Source: Octopus bimaculoides
Taxonomy: Eukaryota
Assembly: GCF_001194135.2 (NCBI RefSeq)
Contig: NC_068982.1
Coordinates: forward strand, 50,718,587-50,779,620
Direction: 5' to 3'
DNA: 61,034 nucleotides
Shown here: in pieces, positions 1-12,564 of the stretch
Layout of the letters: every line of letters starts with the position of its first letter
Position numbering within the stretch: the first letter of the stretch is position 1
Made by a program: the position numbers and the translations under genes
The notes under the pieces: model-generated
The model's database searches: none
Told to the model about the DNA's origin: nothing
What the model saw: only the letters and a program-made list of their open reading frames with translations

Positions 1-103
1 CGTTCAGCTCTGTCTTCAGTATTGCTCTTACCCTGCGATAACATTCTCTTCTGATCCTTTCCCTCATCACTGAGTGCTTGATATTGTCCCCTTCAATTAC
101 CCC

Positions 104-165
<62 letters not shown>

Positions 166-215
166 TTATTATTATTATTATTACTGTTATTATTATTATC
201 ATTATTATTATTATT
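104..215. repeat. (ATT)n microsatellite
   Basis: Near-pure ATT run; it explains the poly-Ile and poly-Asn ORFs in the track. Confidence 0.98.
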
Positions 216-569
216 GGTACTATTTACATCGCGTTCTGGGTTGAAACTTTGCCTCGGTTCAAGTTTTCTTTTCACTCTTCCGCAGTCGAAAAGAAGTCGC
301 AGCTAAATACAGAGGCATTGTGTTTAAGTTAGTAACTATCAACATTAGAGTGACGATGCTTGAACTACTTTAGATTGATGCCTTCGTTCCAAAGCAATAA
401 ATCGTCATGGCTGTTATTGATAGTAGTGTTATTGATAGTGGTCAACATTCATTGAGTAGTCCTGCAGACATAGGTTTTCTAGGCCGGAAACAACAGAGCG
501 TAACTTGAGGGACGTTACTGAAATTTCTCTTAAATCGAGCGACCCTATAGTGGGATTTTCGCTGTAGCA

Positions 570-795
570 TAGTTGTTATTGTCATCGTCGTCATCGTTGT
601 CGTCGTTGTTGCTTTTACTGCTGCTGCTGCTGTTGTTGTTGTTGTTGTTGTTGTTGTTCTTGAAGTCCTTTTCATTTTTGTTGTTTTATATTATTGTTAT
701 CTGAAGAAAAATTAAGTGGAGGAAGAGAAAAAGGAGAAGGGGAAGAGGAGAAAACAAGAAGAAGAACAACAACAACAACAACAAGATGATGATAT
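570..795. repeat. Mixed trinucleotide low-complexity tract (GTC/GTT/GCT, then GAA/CAA)
   Basis: Directly visible repeats. Confidence 0.9.
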
Positions 796-1729
796 TGTTT
801 GGTGTACGTGGATGTTATTTTTGTAATCGTTGTTGTTTTCGTATACAAGGTTCTTTGTCAAATGAGTCGGAGTTATTTGTTTTGCTTGTAACTTTCTCCT
901 TGTAAGATGACAACAACGAGGATGTTTTCAAACAATAACAACCATAGTTGCACATGAGAAGGGAGACATAGGCGAGAGAAAAGAGGGGCAACCCTGAACA
1001 AAGAAAGAAAATAGACAGTTTAGAAAAAAAAAGTAGTCATGACAAATAAAGCAAAAAGTGGGGTTGCTCCCTGATGTCTGCTTGCATATGAGTGTGCGTG
1101 GTGTGGTAGGCAGTCTACGTGTATGTGTTTGTGTATGTGTTTATGAGTATTTATTTGTATGTGTATGCTTCAAAAGGAAAAATATCTGAAACCCGGTATA
1201 ACGTAGAGGTTTGCAAACGAAAGAAAAAATATAAAAGTGAAAGGAGATGTATTGACAAAACAAAAATGGAATTTCTAGAACATACTTTAAGTAAATATTC
1301 TTTTCCTCTTTTATATTTTCATGCCGGTATTAAAATATGAAAGAGCTTTAGTCGATCCTAGAAAAGAACTTTAATCGATCATATCCACCCCGTACTTATT
1401 TTAAAGTTTGGCACTTTTCTTATTAAACTCTTTTTGTTTAGGCAACAGGTTTGAAGAGTATCGTTTTTCGGTGTTACTTGGATGATTGTTTTATCCTGAG
1501 GACTCAATCTGGATCAACTAGACCGTAATGTTCCATTTACTATGGAATGTAGTTACAAACAACTGCTTTTTTTATCGTCTTAAATATAAAATGAGATACG
1601 AACATTAAAACTGATATCCATTTCAAATCAACAGGCTCAAACAATACCAGTTATTTTCTTCCTGCCATCCAAAGCATACGAAGATAAGTAATTTTTTAAA
1701 CCTTGCAAGAATAATCTGTACAACTGTAT

Positions 1730-1950
1730 AAGTGCAGGCGTGGCTGTGTGGTAAGAAATTTGCTTCACAAACACATGGCTCCGGGTTCGACTCCACTGCG
1801 TGGTACTTTGGGCAAGTGCCTTCTACTATAGCCTTGGGCCGACCAAAGCTTTGTGAATGGATTTGGTAGACGGAAACTGAAAGAAGCCTGTCGTATATAT
1901 ATATATGTGTGTGTATATATATATGTGTGTGTGTATATATATATATATAA

Positions 1951-2012
<62 letters not shown>

Positions 2013-2267
2013 ATATAAATGTATGTATTATGTATGTGTGTGTCTTTGCGCCTGTTTGTCTTCCACCACAACTTGACAACTGGTGTTGGCGTGCTTACAT
2101 CCCTGTGACTTAGCAGTTCGGCAAAAAACCGATGGAATAAGTACCACGCTTAAGAGGAAAATAAGTACTGGTGTCGATTCATTCGACTAAAAATCCTTCA
2201 AGGTGATGCCCCAGCCTGGCTGTAATCTAATGACTGAAACAAGTAAAAGATAAATAAGACAAAAGAT
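1730..2267 (+). mobile_element. tRNA-derived SINE, family A (full length, central TA/TG microsatellite), nested in the Penelope element
   Basis: Head GGCGTGGCTGTGTGGTAAG...GGGTTCGACTCC (A/B boxes) and tail GACTGAAACAAGTAAAAGA. Flanked by a degenerate TSD aactgtat (1722-1729) / aactctat (2268-2275). Confidence 0.92.
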
Positions 2268-3070
2268 AACTCTATCCAGTCCCGAAACCCGGGAGAAAGG
2301 GTTACAAGAACTTAAGAATATGTCACTCGAAAGTCAATTCCCACTAACTTGAATCAATAATGTAATAGAATGCGCAAAAATGAGACAGCCAAGAAATGCG
2401 AAAAGCATGAAACATCCCTGATACACTTAATAGTTACTCTTATAAATCAACACACATTCCAAGAAGTACTGATGTATTTAATATCATTCATCAAGATATT
2501 CCATTTTTGATGGATGACCCACGAATGAAGGGGACACTCGGAAATCACAAAATATTTGAAAGTAAAAACCAACCAAAGTCTTTAAAAAAAAATATTTACA
2601 NNNNNNNNNNGTACCACGCTTAAGAGGAAAATAAGTACTGGTGTCGATTCATTCGACTAAAAATCCTTCAAGGTGATGCCCCAGCCTGGCTGTAATCTAA
2701 TGACTGAAACAAGTAAAAGATAAATAAGACAAAAGATAACTCTATCCAGTCCCGAAACCCGGGAGAAAGGGTTACAAGAACTTAAGAATATGTCACTCGA
2801 AAGTCAATTCCCACTAACTTGAATCAATAATGTAATAGAATGCGCAAAAATGAGACAGCCAAGAAATGCGAAAAGCATGAAACATCCCTGATACACTTAA
2901 TAGTTACTCTTATAAATCAACACACATTCCAAGAAGTACTGATGTATTTAATATCATTCATCAAGATATTCCATTTTTGATGGATGACCCACGAATGAAG
3001 GGGACACTCGGAAATCACAAAATATTTGAAAGTAAAAACCAACCAAAGTCTTTAAAAAAAAATATTTACA
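2141..3070. other. Exact 460-bp tandem duplication across a 10-N gap (probable unmerged contig overlap)
   Basis: 2141-2600 appears identical to 2611-3070, separated by exactly 10 N. Confidence 0.92.
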
Positions 3071-3807
3071 AGCATAGATTACCCACCTAAAACACAACTA
3101 CAATAATCAAAAATGTAACTACCCTAATTACGGAATCTCCGTCAACCTTATCGTGAATTTACTTATGAATTGAAATTAGAACAAACATTTACCCTGACAT
3201 TTTAAAGTCATTTATATGACAAACGGGATAACTCTGAGACACAATAACGGTCCACCTTCAACAGATACAAGATAACAATACCAGAAAAATACCAAGTAGT
3301 AAACATCTGGTTCTTTGTGCAACAAACATTGCAAATAACAAATTTTCCCTTTATACCAATGTATCAGTAACACGACAGAACTTATGAAACACATTTCTTT
3401 ATACTTTAAAATCTTCATCGCATTTAATTGCTATTATTTATTGCTATGAAACTCACTGGACTCTCAAATTAATTGCTACGAAATTTATTGAAGGCTTAAA
3501 GTGTCATTGTTTATCATTGTGTGAAACTTAGCAAACACTTGAATTTTCATTGCGTAATTTTCTGTAAAAGCTATTGTTGAACATGTTTTATCGATATGAA
3601 ACTTCTTTCTTTTAAATTTTTCTATAATTTTTTTCTTTATTTACCATTGCAAAGCAAAAGAAAAAAAAAAGAAACAGCTATGATATGTTGAAACCGTTAT
3701 GATATTTTGTTAAGTTAAAAAATATTTTTTAAATGAAAATAAAAATTCATTTTAAAACCCAGATGCATTTAAAACCACACAGCCAATCTCCGTATCTTCC
3801 CACTTAT

Positions 3808-3960
3808 GTGCCTGTGTTGTAAAAAGTTAGCTTCCCAGCCACGTGGTTCCAGGCTCAGTCCAAATATATGATATCTTGATCAAGTGCTTTCTACTATAGC
3901 CACGGGACCACCAAAGCTTTTTGAGTGAATTTGGTAGACGGAAACTGAAAAAATTCCCAT

Positions 3961-3963
<3 letters not shown>
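3808..3963 (+). mobile_element. SINE family A, 5' half (degenerate)
   Basis: Matches the head of 30767-31183 (ttctactatagcc...ggtagacggaaactgaaa) and runs into (GT)n. Confidence 0.85.
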
Positions 3964-4005
<42 letters not shown>

Positions 4006-4038
4006 GTGTGTGCTCGCGCGCGCGCGTGTGCGTGCATT

Positions 4039-4179
4039 TGCCAAATCCACTCACAAGGTTCTGGTTCGATCCGAGACTATAGTTGAAGACACTACCTCAA
4101 AGTACCACGCATTGAGACTGAACCCGAAATCATGTGGTTACGAAGCAAACTTCTTACCACACAGCCGTACCAGCGCCTG
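4039..4179 (-). mobile_element. SINE family A, 5' half, inverted relative to 3808-3963
   Basis: ccaaatccactcacaagg...cttcttaccacacagcc is the reverse complement of the family A head. Confidence 0.85.
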
Positions 4180-4305
4180 TTTGTATGTAGCAAAATACTC
4201 AGGCTCGGTATGCAATGCACTGGGATAGAATTCGGGATCCTATGGTTACGGAGTGAACTTCGATCTTATGATTACGAAGTGAACTTCGAAACTACCCGAT
4301 CGTAC

Positions 4306-4383
<78 letters not shown>

Positions 4384-5885
4384 TGTCAGGTAACTATATA
4401 CATATAATGATCGCTGCGTTTTTAGATTACTTTACATTTTCTTAACGATTCAATAATGCCTTTTAAGCCAAAGACCTGTTTTGAATTCTCTCTAGCAAAC
4501 AAGTCTCCTTTACCATTGAGTGAATGAAAAAATAAAATGCTTAGGTTTACGTTAATTCCATATTATTTCCACTGAACAAATCAACTAGCTGTTGCTGTTA
4601 TCATTTCTAAAATTCCTTTATGCGATAAGATCTTGTTGAAATTCACTTGACATACATATGTGCACAAAAGCTTAACGTTATCTCAAATGTCCAGTGTTAT
4701 TGAGATACCCTTCAGTTTGTTTGTTATGCGATAAGGTACATACATTCAGCAATTTTAAGTAATTGATAGCCTTTCGCAGGTGTTTTTGACCGAGACTTAG
4801 CGTCGTCAAATGTCTCCGTACTCCATAGCAACAACTTCGGCGTTTATTTGTTGTTTGTAAAGGATTCTTATAAGCGAGCGAACGCTCAAGAATATACGTT
4901 AGTACTACTGTACTTATGTTTGTGCATGTGTATTAAATGTATAGAGCTAAGTATCCATAAAGAAGTAGCAGAACACACACGAAATCCGTTTAGGGTTTAC
5001 CACAGTAGCAATACACTGCGAATTCAACGCGACTAAAGTACAACTGATACTCGAGGATCATTGCTACATAATTCCACAGAGTATTAATTTCGGTTGGATC
5101 TACATGCCTACGAGCTACGAGACTTATTTCCCAAATAGAAAATTATGTCAGTTTACGTATATATATATATATATNNNNNNNNNNNNNNNNNNNNNNNNNN
5201 NNNNNNNNNNNNNNNNNNNNNNNNNNNNNNNNNNNNNNNNNNNNNNNNNNNNNNNNNNNNNNNNNNNNNNNNNNNNNNNNNNNNNNNNNNNNNNNNNNNN
5301 NNNNNNNNNNNNNNNNNNNNNNNNNNNNNNNNNNNNNNNNNNNNNNNNNNNNNNNNNNNNNNNNNNNNNNNNNNNNNNNNNNNNNNNNNNNNNNNNNNNN
5401 NNNNNNNNNNNNNNNNNNNNNNNNNNNNNNNNNNNNNNNNNNNNNNNNNNNNNNNNNNNNNNNNNNNNNNNNNNNNNNNNNNNNNNNNNNNNNNNNNNNN
5501 NNNNNNNNNNNNNNNNNNNNNNNNNNNNNNNNNNNNNNNNNNNNNNNNNNNNNNNNNNNNNNNNNNNNNNNNNNNNNNNNNNNNNNNNNNNNNNNNNNNN
5601 NNNNNNNNNNNNNNNNNNNNNNNNNNNNNNNNNNNNNNNNNNNNNNNNNNNNNNNNNNNNNNNNNNNNNNNNNNNNNNNNATATATATATATATAGTAGC
5701 TCCTTTCTCGTATACGAGCAAAGCCATTACTAGAAAGAATCATTGAAATGAGTCATTGATTATACAGTGTGAAGCCCTTGTATGATTCTTGAGCCTGGTC
5801 CAAATATTCGCACATTATATTGCATAATACACAGCTATGCTGGCTGGCAGAGGGAACATGTGCCGCAGTATTGTATAAATATATA

Positions 5886-5921
<36 letters not shown>

Positions 5922-6040
5922 TATATACATACATATGTATATATATATATATACATATACATGTATGTGTGCGTGTGTGTGCGTGTTGTGTGTGTGTGTG
6001 TGTGTGTGTTTGTGTGGGGGGGTGTAGGTGTGTGTGTGTA

Positions 6041-7313
6041 CAGGTTGTCCCCAAAAAGTGTATACACACTTTGAATAAGTATAAAGGGAATATTCATTAA
6101 AATGCACGTCCTTTCCCGAAAATAATATGATCTACAGATATTATTAAAGGTAGAATCTATTAAAATAAATTTTGGAAAGATATGTTATCGCCTGTTTTCA
6201 AATTGATGTCCATTCTGGTCCAGACATTGTTGACAACGCGAAGCAATGGAATCGCAAGTAGCAAGCAACATTTCATTAGGTATTTGAGTGCATTCTTGTT
6301 CTATGGCAACTTTCAGTTCAGCGAAAGTTGCTGGTTTTGTATGCTCATAAGAAAATGCTTAAAGGCGTGAGATCTGGTGAATGAGAAGGGTATTCTACAA
6401 AATCTATTTCCTTCAATCCATGTGTCTGGCGAGATCTCATCAAGGTAGGATTGTGCATCACGATGGTAGTACGGTGGTGCTGCATCTTGCTGAAAATAAA
6501 ATTCCTCACCTTCAAAGACTTCTCTAATGTTTGTCATGACAGACTGTTGCAGCATGTTCAAGTAAATTGGACCAGTCACAGAAGCATCAAAAAAAGAATG
6601 GTCGAATTAATCCTCTTGGTGTAACGCCACACTACACTGTGACTACTGATAGATTAACTTCATGTTTTTTAGTAACATGCGGATTTTCAGGCCCCAAGTG
6701 CATGCGGATTTTCAAGCCCTCAATACGTGCAATTGAGGCGGTTAATTGAACCACTTAATTTAAATGTAGCCTCATCACTCCTCGCAACATTTGTTGGAAA
6801 ACATGGATCTTCTAAGCATTTTGCCAAGTACCATTCGCAATACTTCATTCTTTTGTCTGGATCATCTTAATTGATATCATGGATTAATGTTTTCCAATGG
6901 CAGCGCTACAAAATGCAATGGATAGACGTTTTGAAATCCCTATAAAACAGCTCGCTTTTCTCGTTCTTCTGTGAAACCTTTCCAGTATCTTTTCTTACTT
7001 TTTGGGGCTAGTTGATGTCCGTGTTTTTCTAGAACAGTTCCTGTGTAAATCTTGTACAGTTCCATCAGTTTCAAATCTATTCTTGATTCGATGGACGGAT
7101 ATCCGCGTAGGTGGATCTGATTGAAACTCTCTTCTATACCGTATTTGGTCTTCAACTGCGTTTTCATATTTCCAGTAGCATTTTTAAGATGAATTTCCTT
7201 TCTCTAAAGCTAAGTCTTCATGTAATTATTAACTCTGATGGGTGAAATCTGAAAACAAAATAGATTTAAGTTGTCTGCTGTAGAAGTACGTATACATTCT
7301 TTGGGACACCCTG
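6041..7313 (-). mobile_element. Full-length (1273 bp) inactive Tc1/mariner transposon, rosa/DD41D-like
   Basis: TA flanks at 6039-6040 and 7314-7315. TIRs of about 26 bp (caggttgtccccaaaaagtgtatac vs cagggtgtcccaaagaatgtatac). The minus-strand transposase reads [42 protein letters not shown]...YLDE..PDTWI...[11 protein letters not shown]. About 41 residues separate the second and third catalytic positions after frameshift repair. Confidence 0.9.
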
Positions 7314-7440
7314 TATATACATATATATGCACAATTATATGAATATGTATATATGTCTATTATGTGTATATGTATCTATATGCACGTATGTATGTGTATA
7401 TATATTTACATATATTATATTATATTATATTATATATATA

Positions 7441-7939
7441 TACTTTATTAAAAAGCAGCAAAAATATCACAAAAACTGTTACTCAGTGTTTCACGTTACC
7501 GTTCGTTGGACAGTTTTGTTTAGAATGGAACAAAAATAAGGTTATAAGCAAACATATACAATTAGAAACAAAATACATTCTAAACAAAATTGTCCCTTTT
7601 AATGTATTAATTGATTAATATTTTACAAATAATTATTATTATTTACCCTGGGTATATTTAGGCTCTGTCCTTTTTTGATTTACGGTTTTCTTCGATTTTA
7701 TAATAAGATGATTATATACCGAAATTTGTTCATTGCATGCAACCGGTCATTGTAAAGACCATTAGTTGAAAGGACCAATGAAACAAAACCATTTTCAAAT
7801 GTGTATCTATTAAACTAATCGTATATTTTTGCTTATAACCTTATTTTTGTTCCATTCTAAACAAAGCTGTCCAACGAACGGGAACGTGAAACTCTGAGTA
7901 ACAGTTTTTGTGATATTTTTGCTGCTTTTTAATAAAGCA
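7441..7939. mobile_element. Foldback MITE of about 500 bp with 125-bp TIRs and TA flanks
   Basis: 7441-7565 is the reverse complement of 7815-7939 with 6 mismatches; AT-rich non-coding spacer. Confidence 0.9.
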
Positions 7940-8559
7940 TATTACTCTACCTCTGGTTTTCGAGTACTATTTTTCCCACCTTGCTTCGCATTTATGTACT
8001 TACTCTNNNNNNNNNNNNNNNNNNNNNNNNNNNNNNNNNNNNNNNNNNNNNNNNNNNNNNNNNNNNNNNNNNNNNNNNNNNNNNNNNNNNNNNNNNNNNN
8101 NNNNNNNNNNNNNNNNNNNNNNNNNNNNNNNNNNNNNNNNNNNNNNNNNNNNNNNNNNNNNNNNNNNNNNNNNNNNNNNNNNNNNNNNNNNNNNNNNNNN
8201 NNNNNNNNNNNNNNNNNNNNNNNNNNNNNNNNNNNNNNNNNNNNNNNNNNNNNNNNNNNNNNNNNNNNNNNNNNNNNNNNNNNNNNNNNNNNNNNNNNNN
8301 NNNNNNNNNNNNNNNNNNNNNNNNNNNNNNNNNNNNNNNNNNNNNNNNNNNNNNNNNNNNNNNNNNNNNNNNNNNNNNNNNNNNNNNNNNNNNNNNNNNN
8401 NNNNNNNNNNNNNNNNNNNNNNNNNNNNNNNNNNNNNNNNNNNNNNNNNNNNNNNNNNNNNNNNNNNNNNNNNNNNNNNNNNNNNNNNNNNNNNNNNNNN
8501 NNNNNNNNNNNNNNNNNNNNNNNNNNNNNNNNNNNNNNNNNNNNNNNNNNNNNNNNNNN

Positions 8560-8608
<49 letters not shown>

Positions 8609-8614
8609 CACACG

Positions 8615-8712
8615 GAGCAAAGAATAAGTCCTGGGGTCGATTTGCTCGACTTAAGGTGGTGCTCAAGCATGGTCGCAGTCAAATGACTGAAACAAGTAAA
8701 AGAATAAAAGAA
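8615..8712 (+). mobile_element. SINE family A, 3' end (upstream part lost in the gap)
   Basis: gaataagtcctggggtcgatttgctcgact...gactgaaacaagtaaaaga. Confidence 0.9.
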
Positions 8713-9920
8713 AGAAACGAATAAAGAATAGCCGTTGAATTTAATCAGAGTGTGTGTGAGAGAAAGAGAGAGAGAGAGAGAGACAGAGAGAGACAGAGAG
8801 AGACAGAGAGAGATACAGAGAGAGAGAGAGAGATGGATAGTTGTGACATCGCGTGAGCACTGTTCACAGGATTAAGCTAGTGTTAGGCCTTGATTATTTC
8901 ACGTTAAATTCGAAGAAACGCTGTCTCTCACTCCCGAAAACTTTGCAAGTTCGTGCATCTAAAATATTTGGTCAAGAGACTTATCAAGGTGACAACTTAT
9001 TGTATAACACATTTTTCTCTCCTTCGTAATTCTTCAACAACCTTGCTTATCATTATGAAATGGTTAACATTATATTCTCCACCGAGAATATAATGCTATT
9101 ATTTTGGGATTAGAAGATCTAAAATATCATCGGCATTGCACCTCTTTACAAAAGGCATTTAAAATGTATTCCTCTGGAGAAAATATGCAATATTTTTTCT
9201 GTCTGACTTGATGAGAAATATAGAATGCCTGTGTTATTATGGAGATAGAGAACTTTATTTTTCGATATATTCGCCTTTATATTTATTTGTGTTTTGAGTA
9301 TATCTATAAGACCGATATAAAATCAATATTTGCTAATATTTTAAATAGTTTAGAAAGCAAACAAACAAATAACTCATGATTTAGATATACAAACATGTTT
9401 TTCTTTAGAGCCATCATTTGCATGAATGTATATTAATATCTATTGGAATAATAACAATGATCAAATAAATAGATAAATAAATACTGAAGTAGATAAAAAA
9501 AAATACAAAAATATGTGAATGATAAGACAATGAGACTAGTTTTAAATAGTAGAATAAACCTTTCAGAAAGTGTTTAGAAAGAATAAAAGATAGCACCAAA
9601 TGAATGGAGCTACGAAATAAGAAAAATAAACGGAAGGTGTGGGGGGAGGCGATCTGGAACAGAGAGCTCTTCCAACTCCTACTACAAGTTTATGAAAACT
9701 AGAATCCAGAATTAATGGTGAAAACGTGATGTAGTCAAAATGCAACGATGAAGCAAGCAAGCTAAAAGAAATATAATAAACTAAATATAATAAATAAAAG
9801 GGCAGATGAAAATAAATGGGATTTATTCATAGTCTTACAGACGCATGTGAGCGGACGGTGTTGTTTTAAGTGTTAACAGATAACTAACACGCCCATACGA
9901 CCAGGGCCTCAGACGGTAGC

Positions 9921-9991
<71 letters not shown>

Positions 9992-10889
9992 ATAATAGAA
10001 GGGGCTGAAATGAGGCCCGCAGCTTTGAAGGGGTGGACTCATATAAAGCAGTTAGAGAAAATTACATTTGAGTATCAACTGAAGCAGATATTCGAAACTA
10101 GAAAAGAAATGAAACAAAATAAACAATGCGACAATTACAAGTGATATTCAATTATGTTAGGGTGGAAGTGTTTTATAAATAAACTACAGCTTCTTTCATT
10201 GTCTTCCTTGTCGGACTTTCGGCAAATATCAAAAGAAAAAAGAAAATTAAAAAAGTACTGTGTTGTGTTTTCATTTAATTTCATACCATTCTCTTATAAA
10301 TACTCTAGACATGCGCGCTGATAGCATAACCTATTTGGCGAAGTACAGCATTCATAAGCCGAAATCAGGAGTTCGCTTCTAGTTGGTACGTAAGACTTCA
10401 ATTCGTTCTATTAATTCGCTTTCCAGTTAAAGCCATACGAACATTCCAAAAAACTAATCACACTAATATTAATCTTTATGTCTGAGGTTGACACTGAAAT
10501 ACAGCTTGAAATATGTAATAAATTTAATCCGCTTAATCTAGTCGACAAAAAATTCATAAATTGTAGCAACAGAAAAGAAACCTGTGGCCAAGTTCTGTCG
10601 TCAATTTTTGATTCTCTGTCAGCAACACATCAATCATGTTTCCGTTAATAACGTTATGAAATTTGCGTCATATGTTTTGCATTAAAAATATACTTTTCAC
10701 ATATGTGTAATACCTAAGATTAAGGTGAAATTTGATTGTGTGATGTCCATGTTTTTATCAAAAGCTTTAATCACGTAAGTAAAAGGACATGCTACATGTG
10801 ATAATTGAAATGCTTTTTGAATGTGGCATGCTGACCGCTTTCTTCAAAATTATAACCACAAAGACCCTGGCGTTTGAAATAATTAATAA

Positions 10890-11128
10890 ACTTGGTTATC
10901 CAGCAAGCTTGGGTCCGGAAGTGTCCCGGATTTCTGTATTTTTCAGTTTTTTGGAGATAAATATGTACTTGAAACGTAAACAAGTAAATTGTATTTAACT
11001 GATACAAGTTAATTAACAACTAACTTCAAAAGCAGAGTCTGTTAACTCAATACAGGATACAATATATTGCACAGTATTTCCGGATTTCTGAAAATTCCTA
11101 ATTTCTAGAAGCCGGATAAGAGATATTG
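10890..11128. mobile_element. Possible pogo/Tigger-type MITE remnant
   Basis: Right end ccggataagagatattg|ta; the left end ttatccagcaagcttgggtccggaagtgtcccggatttc is partly complementary and resembles Tigger-derived MITEs recalled from memory. Confidence 0.35.
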
Positions 11129-12431
11129 TATAAATAGCTAGCCCACTACTACACCGTAGAATTCTACCGGTTGACGTCGGAGGCATGTAGGCTGAGACTG
11201 AGGAAAGCAATCAGGCGTTTCAGTTGCCCATACAAGTAGAAAATAGGTCTCCATTGCATAATACATGACCCACAGCCTCTCATCCATTGTAAGAGTCATC
11301 AAATTCGCGGCCCCAAATATTCAACTAGCTTGATAACTTTTTGCTAGTTTTAGCAGGGAAAACATGAATGTTATGTGACCACGTAAAGTTTTCCTCGAGA
11401 CTAGATATATATCATCTTGCTGATTCACAACTCCTACGTGGAGTAAACTAACTTGAGAAAGCCCCTACAGCCGATAATGGAAAGAAATAAACAGGAAATT
11501 GGACGTGGGATGGAGGTCTGATCTAGGAAATTTACCTGTATCGTTGCTTATAGAAATAGTCATGAATCGCTCAAGCAGTAGACTTATGCTGCATTGGAAT
11601 CATGCTAAGAGTCAGCTGTTCTGTAACATAGTTCTGTATTTTTAAATATGATTTATGTTTATCATTATTGTTCCAACTTTAAATGCACTGCTTGTTTTAT
11701 TTATACACTATAGCAGTAAAATTGAATGGAGTTTCATAGTTTTATTTACAAACGCAACTTCAAGAACTGATGTTAATATGTACCAGAATTGCATGTGGAC
11801 TTAGTTTTGGGTCTGTTTTCGTGTACATGAATTGCTTTCTCAAGAAATACCACAATGTTTGGTTTGGTAATGATGCATTCTAAGATATTTTATCACAGTC
11901 AACTTATGTTGACTAAAAATAATTGAATAATGCAGATTTTTTTTTTAATGAAAGAGAAAAAGAAGTGGAGCAGCTTTTTTAAAACAAAAATAATTCAGCA
12001 TTTTGTTTTTAAAATTTCGGGCTACGTTTTAGCTCAGTTATTAAATTTCTTAATAATGTGTATTTGTATTAAAATGTGTTTATACTTAACCAGACGTTCT
12101 CTTACTTCTTAACCAAAGAGTTGTCAGCCATGATTACTTCTTAAATATTAAGTTTTCTATTGTGATTCAGAAACAAATTTTTTCTGTTCTATGTTAACAA
12201 GTCATGCCCTTTGCACACCCAGAGTGTACTAACCTTTCAATTTCTCATCATCCTTTTAGTATCTCACAATTAATGAGTGAAAGATGATACGTGCTTTACT
12301 ATAACACATTAATTACATGTAATGAACTCGAATGTTAGGAAACTAACATGTGGGAAAGTAAGTTAAAATAGTAGAATAAAATGAAATATAACTAATATAA
12401 TAAAAATAGAAATAGTTTCCTAACATTCGGT

Positions 12432-12564
12432 CTCTCTGATGAAGCCTTGGGGCTCAACCATTGTCCAACCCCTGTCCAATGTTTGTTCATCCCTGTATAT
12501 CACTGGCGTGATGAGGGGAACTTCGGAAGATTTGGCAGCCCCATGGTAGAAACAGCTGCAAGAG
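12432..12564 (+). ncRNA. Type I hammerhead-ribozyme-like motif (Penelope-terminal-repeat type), probably decayed
   Basis: Order is CUCU (12432-35), CUGAUGA (12436-42), stem II gccttggggct / agccccatggt (10 of 11 pairs) around an 82-nt insert, GAAAC (12549-53), AGCUG, CA, then AGAG (12561-64) pairing with CUCU. The cleavage triplet reads GCA instead of GUA. Confidence 0.55.

Larger units (their letters stand above)
1430..3430 (+). mobile_element. Decayed Penelope-like retroelement (RT C-terminal half plus GIY-YIG endonuclease), interrupted by a SINE and an assembly duplication
   Basis: Manual translation across frameshifts gives YLDDCFI (1475-1495), FTMECSYKQL, KTDIHFKST..SCHPKHTK..NLARIICT, then after the SINE SSPETREKGLQELKN...FNIIHQDIPFLMDDPRMK...KNQPKSLKK. 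At about 3210-3420 it reads (Y)IGQTG.TLRH.ITVHLQQIQD..TRKIPSSKHL..CA. These are Penelope RT, thumb and GIY-YIG motifs. Many stops and frameshifts. Confidence 0.88.

Noticed and set aside
11200-11470. Possible CR1/L2 LINE remnant or exon (minus: FTWSHNIHVFPAKTSKKL)
   Set aside because: Similarity is too faint to support without a search.
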